Below, one piece after another: positions 23,419-24,000 of a stretch of 24,000 nt of DNA (positions are counted from its first letter, which is position 1; each line of letters starts with the position of its first letter). The notes beneath the pieces are model-generated. The model ran no database searches. It had not been told where the DNA came from and was given only the letters and a program-made list of their open reading frames with translations. Both the position numbers and the translations under genes were made by a program. The stretch spans positions 20,589-44,588 of the forward strand of contig NZ_JBCNNF010000006.1 of assembly GCF_039594555.1 (NCBI RefSeq), read 5' to 3'. The DNA is from Inquilinus sp. (GTDB lineage: Bacteria; Pseudomonadota; Alphaproteobacteria; DSM-16000; Inquilinaceae).

Positions 23419-23924
23419 CCCCGCGCCATTTCGGCCAGCTTGGCGACGGTGTTCATGTTGCGCGCCGTGCCGGCCTTCGCCGCCGGGATCGCCAGCTTGG
23501 ACCGGGCCATGCCGTCGCCGTAATGGACATAGATCTCGCGCTTGCCGAGCCGCATCTCCTCGGCCTGCACGCCGGTCGCCTTGTCCAGCGCGTCGGCCGG
23601 CGGCGGGGCATCGAGGAAGATCGCGACGGTCCGGTTCGGCGCGGCGTCCGGGAACGGGTTCGCCGCCAGCACCTGCGCCATCTCCGCGGCGCTGCGCACC
23701 AGCACGCCGACCAGCTTGCCGGCATAAGTCTGGAGTTCCGCCTCCACCGCCGCCTTGACCTCGGCCTCGGTCCGGTCGCTGCGGCAGACGACGTTGCCGC
23801 TGGCGATATAGGTGCGGATGTCGGTCAGGCCGGCTTTCTCGCACAGCGCCTTCAGGTCGCTCATCGGCAGCTTGCCGGTGCCGCCGACATTCACCGCCCG
23901 CAGCAGGATGACGAAGCTGGTCAT
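23415..23924 (-). CDS. DUF1697 domain-containing protein
   Basis: ORF 23415..23960 trimmed to the ATG at 23924 (MTSFVILLRAVNVGGTGKLPMSDLKALCEKAGL... is the canonical DUF1697 N-terminus). GGAGA lies 5 nt upstream. Confidence 0.82.
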   Translation of the reverse strand: MTSFVILLRAVNVGGTGKLPMSDLKALCEKAGLTDIRTYIASGNVVCRSDRTEAEVKAAVEAELQTYAGKLVGVLVRSAAEMAQVLAANPFPDAAPNRTVAIFLDAPPPADALDKATGVQAEEMRLGKREIYVHYGDGMARSKLAIPAAKAGTARNMNTVAKLAEMARG

Positions 23925-23940
23925 GGCCGTCTCCGAGGGA

Positions 23941-24000
23941 TCAATAGGCCAGCCGGCCATACATGTCGTCGAAGGGCATCATCACATGCTCGCGATAGGC
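23941..24000 (-). CDS. 3' end of an unidentified gene running off the right edge of the window
   Basis: Hand translation of the minus strand gives ...AYREHVMMPFDDMYGRLAY*, with TGA at 23943-23941, 16 nt upstream of the DUF1697 start. It is too short to identify. Confidence 0.35.
   Translation of the reverse strand, partial: AYREHVMMPFDDMYGRLAY

Noticed and set aside
1-24000. Searched by eye for a defence island, prophage, integron, tRNA or rRNA, and for transposase or integrase genes.
   Set aside because: I could recognise none of them. Apart from the DUF559 cassette and the repeats, all genes are metabolic, transport or regulatory.

Overview
This is a high-GC chromosomal segment, about 62% G+C in one small gene and 78-82% in sampled lines of neighbouring genes by hand count. 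Gene content and repeat types suggest an alphaproteobacterium, but that is inference only. The coding content is ordinary amine and one-carbon catabolism. On the minus strand there is a potFGHI-like putrescine-type ABC importer, an acyl-CoA dehydrogenase and a BetI-like TetR regulator. Divergent from the TetR gene, on the plus strand, are a class-III aminotransferase, two translationally coupled CrtI/amine-oxidase-fold flavoproteins, a stand-alone GcvT-fold aminomethyltransferase and an ADP-forming acyl-CoA synthetase. After these come an ArsR/SRPBCC pair, a complete heterotetrameric sarcosine oxidase operon (soxBDAG), and four small accessory genes: a beta-barrel-like hypothetical, an NTF2-like protein, a secreted alpha/beta-fold protein and a DUF1697 protein. 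The non-routine signal is in the repeats. Family A is a 42-nt G/C-tract hairpin arm with 9 copies at 5 loci, found in two composite architectures with conserved spacers. One composite sits in frame inside soxA. Another pair of inverted arms brackets a lower-GC DUF559 (Vsr-like) nuclease gene that lies antisense between co-directional genes, which looks like an autonomous versus MITE-like relationship. Families B and C (GTCATTGC...GCAATCC modules) show covarying hairpins. I found no tRNA, rRNA, CRISPR array, transposase or integrase. All calls come from reading the ORF translations and the DNA by eye; no database search was possible.
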